A program made the translations under genes and the position numbers. 35,165 bases of DNA from a virus (Duplodnaviria; Caudoviricetes). Shown piece by piece: positions 18,177 to 26,203 of this stretch (position 1 is the first letter of the stretch; every line of letters begins with the position of its first letter). The notes under the pieces were generated by a model, which was not told the origin of the DNA, ran no database searches, and worked only from the letters and a program-made list of their open reading frames with translations. The stretch is taken from IMG/VR virus record IMGVR_UViG_3300044788_000002, positions 1 to 35,165 of that record. One strand, written 5' to 3'.

Positions 18177-19010
18177 TCAGCCCTGCGCGATGGAGAGGGC
18201 GCCTGCCGTCGAGCCCGCTGCCGTGCCCGAGAGCATGACCGCGCCGTACAGAGCGCTGCTGTCGAACAGCTGCGGGAAGCCGAGGCCCGCCCAGTCCAGA
18301 CAGATCCCAGATGAGGCCACCGGCAGGTAGATTTCAGAGATGGACCGCAGGCAGATCAGGCTGATGGCCCCACCGCCATAGCTCGTCCCGAGTGTGATGG
18401 ACGCGATGCTCCTCACCCCCCTGTCTCCGGCCTGGAGCTGGAACGGCACCATGGTCCCCGCGACGGCCGTGGCGGGCCAGCTGTATGCCAGGCCACCCGA
18501 GCGGCCTGATGTGCCCCCCTCATTGGTGTAGGAGTAGGTGGTGTTTGCGATAGCACCGGCGTTGGTGGTGGCTGTCGTGGACCAGAGCCATGCCTCGATG
18601 TTGCCCCCGTTCGCATCCGGGGTCGAGCCACTAGCCGGCACACAGCGAGAGGGCAGGCCTGAGAATGTGATATTCTGCGCGGTGGTAGTTGTGACCGCGA
18701 TGCCGGTGTTGTACCACAGCAGGTCGTACAGCTTGAAGCCTACGAGGTTCGCGCCAGCCATGAACGACATGCGCGCAAGGTAGCTGTTGCCCGTCGCGGG
18801 ATTGACGAATGCGAAGGCGCCACCGAGTGCGTTGGCCGAGACCGAGGCACCGTTCAATCCAGGAGTGCCCAGGGCAATCGGACCCGGGTTGCCTGCAAGC
18901 GCCGCGAGGGCGTGCCATAGCCCCGCAGCCTCCCCAGTGAAGCTGGCCTTCTGCATTGAGATCGGAGGGAGCATCCCTGCGATGATCTGGTCAACGGTCG
19001 TGATGGCCAT
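18177..19010 (-). CDS. Hypothetical virion-associated protein
   Basis: 277 aa, beta-rich; LYDLLWYN.G, YTN.GG..GR and LQAGDRGVRSI.S.TL motifs. Confidence 0.7.
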   Translation of the reverse strand: MAITTVDQIIAGMLPPISMQKASFTGEAAGLWHALAALAGNPGPIALGTPGLNGASVSANALGGAFAFVNPATGNSYLARMSFMAGANLVGFKLYDLLWYNTGIAVTTTTAQNITFSGLPSRCVPASGSTPDANGGNIEAWLWSTTATTNAGAIANTTYSYTNEGGTSGRSGGLAYSWPATAVAGTMVPFQLQAGDRGVRSIASITLGTSYGGGAISLICLRSISEIYLPVASSGICLDWAGLGFPQLFDSSALYGAVMLSGTAAGSTAGALSIAQG

Positions 19011-19013
19011 GTG

Positions 19014-19301
19014 TCAGACTCCGAGGCGGTTCAGACAGTTCTGGACGCTGTAGATGCCCAGCTCACCGAGCATTAGCACATCGTGAATCATCTCGCGGTT
19101 GATCGCTCCGCCAGACTGCTGGGAGACGAAGTTGGCCAGCTGAGTCTGTTCCCCTGCCGTCAGGTTGAAGGCCGTGGCGATGCTGCCCTGGGTGACACCT
19201 GGAGCGCCACGGTACAGCTCTGCCAGAGCAGCCATGAACTGGTGCACAGGCAGCTTGTCCTCCCCGGGGAGGGGAGCAACCAACCTCGTCATCAGACTCA
19301 T
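19014..19301 (-). CDS. Hypothetical protein
   Basis: 95 aa; TGATG-coupled to the upstream gene. Confidence 0.7.
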   Translation of the reverse strand: MSLMTRLVAPLPGEDKLPVHQFMAALAELYRGAPGVTQGSIATAFNLTAGEQTQLANFVSQQSGGAINREMIHDVLMLGELGIYSVQNCLNRLGV

Positions 19302-19729
19302 CAGCCCTCCGGCATCGTCACCGTGAGGCTCGTCACGCTGACCGTGGCACCCGATTGGATGGCCACGCTGTTCATGTTGAGCTCGGCGCCGCTCGTTGCG
19401 ACAGCGCCCTGTATGCGTGGCACGCTGTTGCGGTCGAGGATGCGGAAGAACGTGGCCGTGCCGGTCGCGTCCGCAGCGGTGTCATCGGAGATGGCAGAGG
19501 CGGTTGCCCGCGCACCCGGGGCGATGTCCACAGCGGCGCCGAAGGCCGGGTTGGACATGCTCAGCTGCGCCAGGACTGTGTTGCCCGAGAGGGCAGTGTC
19601 CACGAGGGTCGGGGGAGTGCCTGAGTAGATGACCAGCGTGGCCTGCGGGACACCCGTCCCGAGGTCGCATGAGTCCACAAAGGCATCACAGGCGATGATC
19701 GCCTGAGCGTTGGTGATGGAGAGGGTCAT
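19301..19729 (-). CDS. Small beta-rich virion structural protein
   Basis: 142 aa; IYSG..P...D...LA.L....PAF...A.ATGTATFFRI...QG.V..SGA.L...I..G; ATGA overlap with the portal stop. Confidence 0.75.
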   Translation of the reverse strand: MTLSITNAQAIIACDAFVDSCDLGTGVPQATLVIYSGTPPTLVDTALSGNTVLAQLSMSNPAFGAAVDIAPGARATASAISDDTAADATGTATFFRILDRNSVPRIQGAVATSGAELNMNSVAIQSGATVSVTSLTVTMPEG

Positions 19730-21564
19730 TGGAAGTCCTCCAGGGTCAGTGCGCGATCGTAGGTGGTGTAGGTCTTGCCATCGGGGATGACGGCCTTGTT
19801 CCGGCTCTGGAAGTCACGAAGGCTGGTGTTGAGAGCATTGAACGCCACAATGGAGCGATTCAACCTGCTCCGTGCCTCGTTCAGACGTTTGACATGGTTT
19901 GCCGTCTTGGGGTCCTCCTTCTGGATGACCTCCAGTGCGTCCTTCATGTCCGGGATGGCCTGGAAGTTCTTCTCCCAAGTGTCCCCCAGCTTCTTGTGCT
20001 TGGACTCGATCTCCGAGTATGATCCAGCGGTGGATGGACCTCCCGCGCCCGTCCCGCGCGCGAAGCGGCCCTGATCGTCGTGATTGGGATTGAGCTTCTG
20101 AGTCGGCTGGGGCTCCTTCGTGGGCGTTCCCTCACCCGGCTTTTCACCGGGTTTCGCTCCTGGCTTTCCGCCCGGACCGATCGGAGGCTGAGTCGCCTTG
20201 GCCTGAAGGACCGCCAGCTCTGCCTCGCGCTGCATGGCAGCATCCATCGCCATCTGCTCCAGGTCCACCTTGGTGAGGCCGAGCATCGTGCGGAGGTCGT
20301 TGATGGCCGGATCGTCGGGTGCGAGGACAGCACCAGCCGTCGCCATGTCTCGGAGGGCAGCGGTGATCTCCTCCACCGAGCGGTACTGGATCTTGTTCGG
20401 GGTCAGCTTCGGCGCCAGCTTCTCATCCCAGCCATTCAGCTTCATGAAGGGCTTGACCAGGTCTGACTGGAAGACCTGCGCCAGCTCCTTGAGGGTCGAG
20501 TCCACCATCATGGCGAACTGATCGGACTTGTCCTGCGCCATCGCCAGGGAGCCTGCCCCGGACTCTCCCAGGAGGATGTTCTCTGTGCCAAGCACGCGCG
20601 CGACCTCGCGGTTGATGCGCATGATCGCAGCTGCTACTTCCGGCGCTGAGGTCTGGCCTGCCTTGATCACGTCCACTCCCCATTGGGGCTGGGACGAGGG
20701 TGTGCGGTTGTCGCCCGTGGACTCGTACACGCGCGAATCGAGCATCAGAGACAGGTTGGCCGTCTTCTTGTGCTTCTGGAGGAAGTCGCGCAGCTGATTG
20801 AGTTGAGCCTCGTACTGCTGTTGGCTCAACAGGCCGTTCTTGACCATGCTCTGGAGAGTCGTGATGGGCGCGCGCCCGACCGGGATGCCTCGCAAGTCGG
20901 TCTCGAAGCCAATGCACTCCAACCGCTCGTACTCGCGCAGGCGGTCGATCGCCTCGACCACGTGGCGGAAGAGTCCAAGACCCTCGGGGCTGTCGGCGAG
21001 CGAGTCATCCACCACGTAAACCAGCTTGCCCCTCGGCAGTGGGATGGTCTCCTGAGATTGCGGTGAGCGCTGGACAACACCGATAACGGTGCCCCCTTCG
21101 TCCAGCGCCCACTGCTCGATGGTGTGCTGCGGTCTTGATTCGACATCGAGGATGCCGATGGAACCATCCTCGTTGCGCTTCGCAGTCCACTCTTGAATGG
21201 AGAATCCGTAGTAGCGGTACAAACCCGCGCGGCGCACGACACGGTGCCACGGAGTCGTCATGTTGTGGATCTGATCGCTGAACCAATCCGAGATCCGCTG
21301 TGCCTCCTCGGAGTCGTCTGCCGGTTCGGCCTTCCAATCAGCCTTGGCGATCAGCGTCAGGCAGTAGCGCACCGATGCCGCGACGATCGACGTGTTGGCC
21401 AGGAGGTTGGTGTAGGTGCGGTACTTCTCCTGGCCAGCCAACTTGGCGTTCTTCTCGCCCTCGTCGATGTAGCCACCATAGACAGCTGTCCCGCCAGTCC
21501 CGTACGTCTCCGTGGGCGAGGGCTTCTTCCTGAACACCGCCAGGAGACTGTCGAGTAGGGGCAT
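19726..21564 (-). CDS. Portal protein (DUF935 / Mu gp29-like) with C-terminal extension
   Basis: Start moved to ATG 21564 (612 aa); YGFSIQEW, SPEGLGLFR, E.DLRGIPVGRAP, GS.A.A.DK motifs; downstream of terL. Confidence 0.9.
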   Translation of the reverse strand: MPLLDSLLAVFRKKPSPTETYGTGGTAVYGGYIDEGEKNAKLAGQEKYRTYTNLLANTSIVAASVRYCLTLIAKADWKAEPADDSEEAQRISDWFSDQIHNMTTPWHRVVRRAGLYRYYGFSIQEWTAKRNEDGSIGILDVESRPQHTIEQWALDEGGTVIGVVQRSPQSQETIPLPRGKLVYVVDDSLADSPEGLGLFRHVVEAIDRLREYERLECIGFETDLRGIPVGRAPITTLQSMVKNGLLSQQQYEAQLNQLRDFLQKHKKTANLSLMLDSRVYESTGDNRTPSSQPQWGVDVIKAGQTSAPEVAAAIMRINREVARVLGTENILLGESGAGSLAMAQDKSDQFAMMVDSTLKELAQVFQSDLVKPFMKLNGWDEKLAPKLTPNKIQYRSVEEITAALRDMATAGAVLAPDDPAINDLRTMLGLTKVDLEQMAMDAAMQREAELAVLQAKATQPPIGPGGKPGAKPGEKPGEGTPTKEPQPTQKLNPNHDDQGRFARGTGAGGPSTAGSYSEIESKHKKLGDTWEKNFQAIPDMKDALEVIQKEDPKTANHVKRLNEARSRLNRSIVAFNALNTSLRDFQSRNKAVIPDGKTYTTYDRALTLEDFQ

Positions 21565-21573
21565 GCGAGCCTG

Positions 21574-21602
21574 ATTGTAGCGGGTCGGACCTCGCTCGTC
21601 AA
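21574..21602 (-). promoter_or_regulatory. Sigma70-like promoter of the portal gene (near-leaderless)
   Basis: TTGACG(21602-21597)-N17-TACAAT(21579-21574); 9 nt separate the -10 box from ATG 21564; no Shine-Dalgarno. Confidence 0.75.
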
Positions 21603-21704
21603 GGACTGTGGAGGTAGAATCCTCCCGAGAGCAGTAGTTGACGGTGTGTGATTGCCAACAAGCAACTGACACCAACGAGATGGCCATGGCGGCCTGACAA
21701 CGAG

Positions 21705-21752
21705 GCGGCGCCAAGGGGTGGTCTAAGCACTCCTTGGCGCCGCTCTACTTTT
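21705..21752 (+). terminator. Intrinsic terminator-like hairpin
   Basis: 16-bp stem gcggcgccaaggggtg/cactccttggcgccgc (one G-U pair) followed by tctactttt. Confidence 0.6.
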
Positions 21753-21765
21753 CCCGGAATCCACG

Positions 21766-21792
21766 TTAGGTTTGACACCATCCTTCCGATAG
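21766..21792 (+). promoter_or_regulatory. Sigma28/FliA-like promoter motif 1
   Basis: TTAGGTTT-N11-TCCGATAG versus consensus TAAAGTTT-N11-GCCGATAA. Confidence 0.5.
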
Positions 21793-21800
21793 GAGATCCA

Positions 21801-22019
21801 GTGAAGCCCTTGACCTACCGCATGCAAGTGTACCTCTACCTCCTGGACTGGAGAGGTGAACTCATCGCGGGCGAGCTTGTGAACGTCAACGGACGGAGTG
21901 AGAGGATCAGCGCAACCACTATCGCTGCTTTGGGCAGGCGCGGACTCGGCCAGTTGTTCATCGGACACAGAGGTCGGTCATGCATCCGCCGGAATCCTCC
22001 GGAATCCTCAAAGGTCTGA
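21801..22019 (+). CDS. Hypothetical protein (72 aa)
   Basis: GTG at 21801 with AGGAG 5 nt upstream; in the frame of ORF 21648..22019. Confidence 0.55.
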   Translation: MKPLTYRMQVYLYLLDWRGELIAGELVNVNGRSERISATTIAALGRRGLGQLFIGHRGRSCIRRNPPESSKV

Positions 22020-22038
22020 CCCCACGTTGTTCCGATAG
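22008..22038 (+). promoter_or_regulatory. Sigma28/FliA-like promoter motif 2
   Basis: TCAAAGGTCT...TCCGATAG; shares TTCCGATAGGAG and an upstream CCGGAATCC with motif 1; spacing 2 nt longer. Confidence 0.45.
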
Positions 22039-22045
22039 GAGTGGT

Positions 22046-22237
22046 ATGAAGAACAAGCTGACCAAGAAGGAAGCTGCCAAGCGCAAGGCCGACTGGAACA
22101 AGGCCATCCGCGAGGGTCGCGTGGTGCGCTTCCTGGGCATGAGCACCTTCGTGTGCTACCCGACGATCGAGGCACGCGATGCAGCCCTGGCCAAGATGGA
22201 ATCCGACACGTTCAACATCGTGGAGGGGACCACTTGA
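22046..22237 (+). CDS. Small basic hypothetical protein (63 aa)
   Basis: AGGAG then ATG 22046 (MKNKLTKKEAAKRKADW...). Confidence 0.7.
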   Translation: MKNKLTKKEAAKRKADWNKAIREGRVVRFLGMSTFVCYPTIEARDAALAKMESDTFNIVEGTT

Positions 22238-22401
22238 AGTACGTCCTCACCTGGGGTACGCGCGATGGGAAGCCGCACAGGAAGGTGTTCGCCACCTACC
22301 AGGACCGCTATCTGTTCGCGCGCAAGCTGCTCACCAACCCCAAGTACGTCACGATGTCCATGGCCATGTTCCTGGCCGACTCAGAGGAGCCCGTCTCATG
22401 A
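22234..22401 (+). CDS. Small hypothetical protein (55 aa)
   Basis: TTG start overlapping the previous stop (TTGA); GGAGG upstream; its stop overlaps the next ATG. Confidence 0.6.
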   Translation: MKYVLTWGTRDGKPHRKVFATYQDRYLFARKLLTNPKYVTMSMAMFLADSEEPVS

Positions 22402-22745
22402 GGGTCCTCGTCTGTGGCTCGCGCCAGGCCTGGGATGCCACCGAGTGCTGGGCGAAGTTGGATGACCTACGGCCTCCGCCGGACATGATCATCGCAGGCG
22501 GAACATCCTGGGTGGACACCTTCGCCCAAGAGTGGGCGAACCACCGAGGGATCCCATGCTTGGTCTTCCCCGCAGCCTGGGATGGCCCAAGCAAGCGCGA
22601 GGCGGGTGGGATCCGCAATGGCTGGATGCTCACCTACGGGCGCCCTGACCTAGTGCTCGCCTTCCCTGGCGGACACGGGACAGAGGACATGGTCAAGCGG
22701 GCGAAGGCTGCTGGCGTGCCCGTCCGGCGGGTGGGGTCGAGGTAG
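22398..22745 (+). CDS. SLOG-superfamily protein (DUF2493 / YspA-like)
   Basis: 115 aa from ATG 22398: MRVLVCGSR...II.GG...VD..A..WA...AG.IRN..ML...PDLVLAFPGG.GT.DMV.RA..AGVPV. Confidence 0.88.
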   Translation: MRVLVCGSRQAWDATECWAKLDDLRPPPDMIIAGGTSWVDTFAQEWANHRGIPCLVFPAAWDGPSKREAGGIRNGWMLTYGRPDLVLAFPGGHGTEDMVKRAKAAGVPVRRVGSR

Positions 22746-23799
22746 CACCCCGGTAGGGCATCGAGTAGTACCTGTCCAGCGTGGCGTTTGTGCTGCTCGG
22801 GTCCCACGTGGTCGGTCCCCATCGAGGCGCGCGGTCGAGCCAGGACTGGTCTCCTGTGATCTGCTTCAGCAGCACGCAGTTGGGGGACCAGAAGGAGCAG
22901 GCCGGATCGCCATGCTGTCCCTCCCCTGTCGCAGGGGTCAGCACCCCATTCACAGTGTAGGAGAATGCCATCATGGCCGGGCGCCCGTAGTAGTCCATCG
23001 ACGGGAGCGCATCCATCCCGTTCATGTTGTCGATGACCCACTGCGGGACCGCGCGGCCGAGGAGCTGGACTCCGCACAGAGCTGCGTGGATCAGGATTCC
23101 AGCGTGGAAGCCGTACTGGACATTGAGCTGGTCGAGCGGACCGCCTCCCGTGTTGGGGCCACATCCGACCTGACCCGAGCCAGGGATGGCAGCGAGGTCG
23201 AGGAAGTCCAGGACCTTGATCAGGAAGGTCCTGTCACGGTTGGGGTTGACGAGGCACGCCATGACCTCACCGTACAGCACCCAGCCGAGGGCGCGGCAGT
23301 TGACTGGAGAGCCCGTGTGCGGGTTCATCAACGCCATGTGAAGGTACTGGTTGATGTTGTCCGGGGTGAAGCCGGGGTCATCCTCGATCGTCGGTGCGTC
23401 CCAATACTCCTTGGCGTGGTTGGCGTACTGGACGATCCGGCGCGGCCCGCTCAGGTCGAGAGACATGGCACAGCGGACGATGGTGTATCTGATCTGCCTG
23501 ATCCAGTGCTCCCAGTTGAACCAGACCTCACGCGCGTAGGCCCCATCATCCAGCAGGACCACGTTGGAGAAGTCACCCGTGGCGTAGCCCATCACGATCG
23601 AGCTGCCACCACCCGTGCCAGGGTTGATCGGCCCCACCGTGCCGTCCTCGTTGACCGAATCCTCGAAGTCCTCGTGTTGGACTGGCCAGGGAGGCACCAA
23701 GACGAGCGGTGTGCCCGGGCCGTCATCCGGCATGTCGAGGAGCCCGGGGCCGAGCCGCTTGCGCCACTGTCTCCGGAGTCTGTACTTGGTCACGGGCAT
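22693..23799 (-). CDS. Hypothetical protein (368 aa)
   Basis: Long ORF with coding-like composition filling the space after the metallopeptidase gene; no family recognised. Confidence 0.7.
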   Translation of the reverse strand: MPVTKYRLRRQWRKRLGPGLLDMPDDGPGTPLVLVPPWPVQHEDFEDSVNEDGTVGPINPGTGGGSSIVMGYATGDFSNVVLLDDGAYAREVWFNWEHWIRQIRYTIVRCAMSLDLSGPRRIVQYANHAKEYWDAPTIEDDPGFTPDNINQYLHMALMNPHTGSPVNCRALGWVLYGEVMACLVNPNRDRTFLIKVLDFLDLAAIPGSGQVGCGPNTGGGPLDQLNVQYGFHAGILIHAALCGVQLLGRAVPQWVIDNMNGMDALPSMDYYGRPAMMAFSYTVNGVLTPATGEGQHGDPACSFWSPNCVLLKQITGDQSWLDRAPRWGPTTWDPSSTNATLDRYYSMPYRGATSTPPAGRARQQPSPA

Positions 23800-23809
23800 G
23801 TTGAAGATC

Positions 23810-24229
23810 CTACTGATTGACGTCAGGCAAGTCTACAGTCTGCTCATCCCAGTCGCGCTCCACCACACATCGGTAGCATGCAGCGTACATGACACCCCAC
23901 AGTGGGCCGTGATCGTCCTCACAAGGTCCACCTCCAGGTCCCACAAGCGCATGCGCCCACTCGTGGATGAGAGTCTCGCGGAGCTGTTCAGGTCCGCCCC
24001 TCGGGTCAAGCATGATCTCCCAGTGATCACCCTCGAACTCCGTCAGGCCCCAGGCTGCCTGTTCGATCGGAGCGATGCTGATGTGGACATCGACGCCCAG
24101 GGGGAGCTCAGCGGAGAGGTGCTGTAGGTCCGCCATGATGTCGTACGGTGGAGCTGGAGTGACAGTGAAGGGCGGTGCAGCCTTGCAGGCGCTGAGGACA
24201 ATGGCCAGGGACAGGATCAGCCTCTTCAT
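23810..24229 (-). CDS. Putative lipoprotein zinc metallopeptidase (zincin, SprT-like)
   Basis: Signal MKRLILSLAIVLSA-C (lipobox); ETLIHEWAHA (HExxH) and downstream DHGPLW. Confidence 0.75.
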   Translation of the reverse strand: MKRLILSLAIVLSACKAAPPFTVTPAPPYDIMADLQHLSAELPLGVDVHISIAPIEQAAWGLTEFEGDHWEIMLDPRGGPEQLRETLIHEWAHALVGPGGGPCEDDHGPLWGVMYAACYRCVVERDWDEQTVDLPDVNQ

Positions 24230-24238
24230 GTCGTCACC

Positions 24239-25717
24239 TCACATCATCTCGGGAGCAGCTCCAACATCTTGGGGTCGGTTGACGAGCAGGTCAGCATACG
24301 CGCGCGAGGCAGCGTCCACTTGGTCCTTGAACTCTCCCGAGGGGAACATGGCAGCCTCGTTGATGAAGGCATCCACCCAGGGGCCTCTGACGAGCCGGAC
24401 GTTGCCCGCCTCGCACTGCGCTGAGAGGGGGCGCGCACGGTCCTCCTTGGAGCCGGATTCAGGGCTGAATCGCACATCCCAGCCCTCCAGTCCAGCTGCC
24501 ATGAAGGAGCGCTGCGCCTTGCCGGCCTGACCTGGATCCTGCGGGATCGACTGGCGGACCATGTAGCCGTCCTGCTGCGCACACTGTTGGATGCGCTGCA
24601 TGACCTCGTGTGGACCCCACCGGCCGCGTTGGACATCGAGGATGTACAGCAGCCCTCCATGCGAGGCCATCTTGCATCCCACCGTGAAGGCTCCATGGCC
24701 ATCCTTCGTGGCCGCGAGGTCCCATCCGCGACAGACGTTGAACATGGCCTCTGGCGCGGAGTCGATGACGATGAAGTCCTTGCGTTGGAACATCCCGCCC
24801 GCGCGCGGAGCCGGACGCTGTTGGAGCTGTCCGGCCTCTGCGTAGGAGCCACCCCAAGAGCGGAACACCTTCTTGAGCTGCTCGACCGCCTCCGGACTGA
24901 AGCGCTCAGGCCACAGCAGCTCTCCAGCTTTGGTGCGCGGGTCAGTGAATTTGGTGCTGAGGTGGGGATGGTCCGGCTCGAACTCCATGGGCAGACAGAG
25001 GTGCTCGTACCCCAGCTCTGACTTGAGGATGAGACCACTCACGTCACGTTCATGGACCCTCTGCATGATGACCACGATGGCGGACTCATCGAGATCGTTC
25101 AAGCGGGTCGGGAGGGTCTCAGCAAACCATCTCAGGCTCTCCTCGCGCTGAATGTCGGACTCGACTCCCTGGACATCGTGAGGATCATCCACGATGATGC
25201 GATCACCTCTGTGACCGATGAGCGAGGCCCCGACCGAGCTGACCTGACGGAACCCACCAACCGTGTTCTCGTAGCGTAGCTTGGCGTTCTGGTCTCCCTT
25301 GAACTCGAAGCGCTGCCCCCAGTTGCCCTGGTACCATTCAGACTCCATGAGGGTTCGGCCGCGCACGTTGTCACGCGTGGTCAGGTCCTGCGCGTAGCTG
25401 GCGGAGATGTACTTGAGGTGAGGGTTCTTGATCCACTCCCAGCTCGGCCAGAACACATTGGTGGTCATGGACTTGGTGCAGCCGGGAGGGACGTTGATCA
25501 GCAGCCGCTTGATCTCCCCTCTGGAGACTGCCTCCAAATGCTCGCAGATCGCCCCGACTGCCCAACCATGGACGAAGCGGCGTGCTGGTTCGAGCGTGGA
25601 CCATCCCTGCTTGATGAACTCCAGCAGACCGTCCTCAGCGTCGAGTCGGTCCAGCTCCAGTAGGGCTGCCTTGGGGTTGACCAGGGCTGCCTTGATTGCG
25701 GCAGCGCTCGTGATCAC
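24239..25717 (-). CDS. terL: Terminase large subunit
   Basis: 492 aa; Walker A region LLINVPPGCTKS, Walker B IIVDDPH, coupling motif VIMQR, nuclease motifs GWDLA and DQVDA. Confidence 0.95.
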   Translation of the reverse strand: MITSAAAIKAALVNPKAALLELDRLDAEDGLLEFIKQGWSTLEPARRFVHGWAVGAICEHLEAVSRGEIKRLLINVPPGCTKSMTTNVFWPSWEWIKNPHLKYISASYAQDLTTRDNVRGRTLMESEWYQGNWGQRFEFKGDQNAKLRYENTVGGFRQVSSVGASLIGHRGDRIIVDDPHDVQGVESDIQREESLRWFAETLPTRLNDLDESAIVVIMQRVHERDVSGLILKSELGYEHLCLPMEFEPDHPHLSTKFTDPRTKAGELLWPERFSPEAVEQLKKVFRSWGGSYAEAGQLQQRPAPRAGGMFQRKDFIVIDSAPEAMFNVCRGWDLAATKDGHGAFTVGCKMASHGGLLYILDVQRGRWGPHEVMQRIQQCAQQDGYMVRQSIPQDPGQAGKAQRSFMAAGLEGWDVRFSPESGSKEDRARPLSAQCEAGNVRLVRGPWVDAFINEAAMFPSGEFKDQVDAASRAYADLLVNRPQDVGAAPEMM

Positions 25718-25845
25718 AGCAGTCTGTACGTCACCCAGAAGACGGCCACGATGACTGCGCTGGTGCCGACGATCTCCGCCAGGGAGAGCGAGCCGAACAT
25801 GTCGTTGAGCCAGAGTCGTTGGAGTAGGTTGCGCTTCTTGAACAT
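25714..25845 (-). CDS. Small membrane peptide (43 aa)
   Basis: MFKKRNLL... with one C-terminal hydrophobic helix; GTGA overlap with the terL start. Confidence 0.5.
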   Translation of the reverse strand: MFKKRNLLQRLWLNDMFGSLSLAEIVGTSAVIVAVFWVTYRLL

Positions 25846-25849
25846 GGTG

Positions 25850-26203
25850 TTACCCCTTGGGAGGTTCAGACTTGGATGCCCCGACCTTGGCGATGCCCCT
25901 GCTGACCGCATAGCCTGCCCCCACCACGGAGATGAGGTTGACTCCCTGGCCCTGGAGATCGGCATGGCCGCTCAGGACGCCAATGACGATCATGCACAGG
26001 CCTGCTCCAATGAGCGCACGGCTCATGTTGTACTCAGAGGTGTTGGTCCCAGAACGTTGCCCGCGTCCTTGGAGTGTCGCACGAGCCTGCTTCAGGATGG
26101 CATGACCCTCCTCCGCCACCAACTCGCGCGCGAGCGCGGATGCCAGGGCCTCTGCCCTGGTCCCTCCAGTGATGACCTCCTCGGCCTGCTTGGGATCAAT
26201 CAT
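25850..26203 (-). CDS. Putative holin-like two-TM membrane protein
   Basis: 117 aa; G..TSEY, two hydrophobic segments and GYAVSRGIAK, a pattern resembling small putative phage holins. Confidence 0.5.
   Translation of the reverse strand: MIDPKQAEEVITGGTRAEALASALARELVAEEGHAILKQARATLQGRGQRSGTNTSEYNMSRALIGAGLCMIVIGVLSGHADLQGQGVNLISVVGAGYAVSRGIAKVGASKSEPPKG

Noticed and set aside
1-21564. Gene transfer agent rather than phage
   Set aside because: Despite an RcGTA-like spike base, the window has a DUF935-type portal, MuF, SSB, nucleotide-metabolism genes and many small accessory ORFs typical of a true phage.
21565-21714. 50-aa N-terminal extension of the portal given by the ORF track
   Set aside because: A near-consensus promoter lies inside it, and portal-like sequence begins at ATG 21564.
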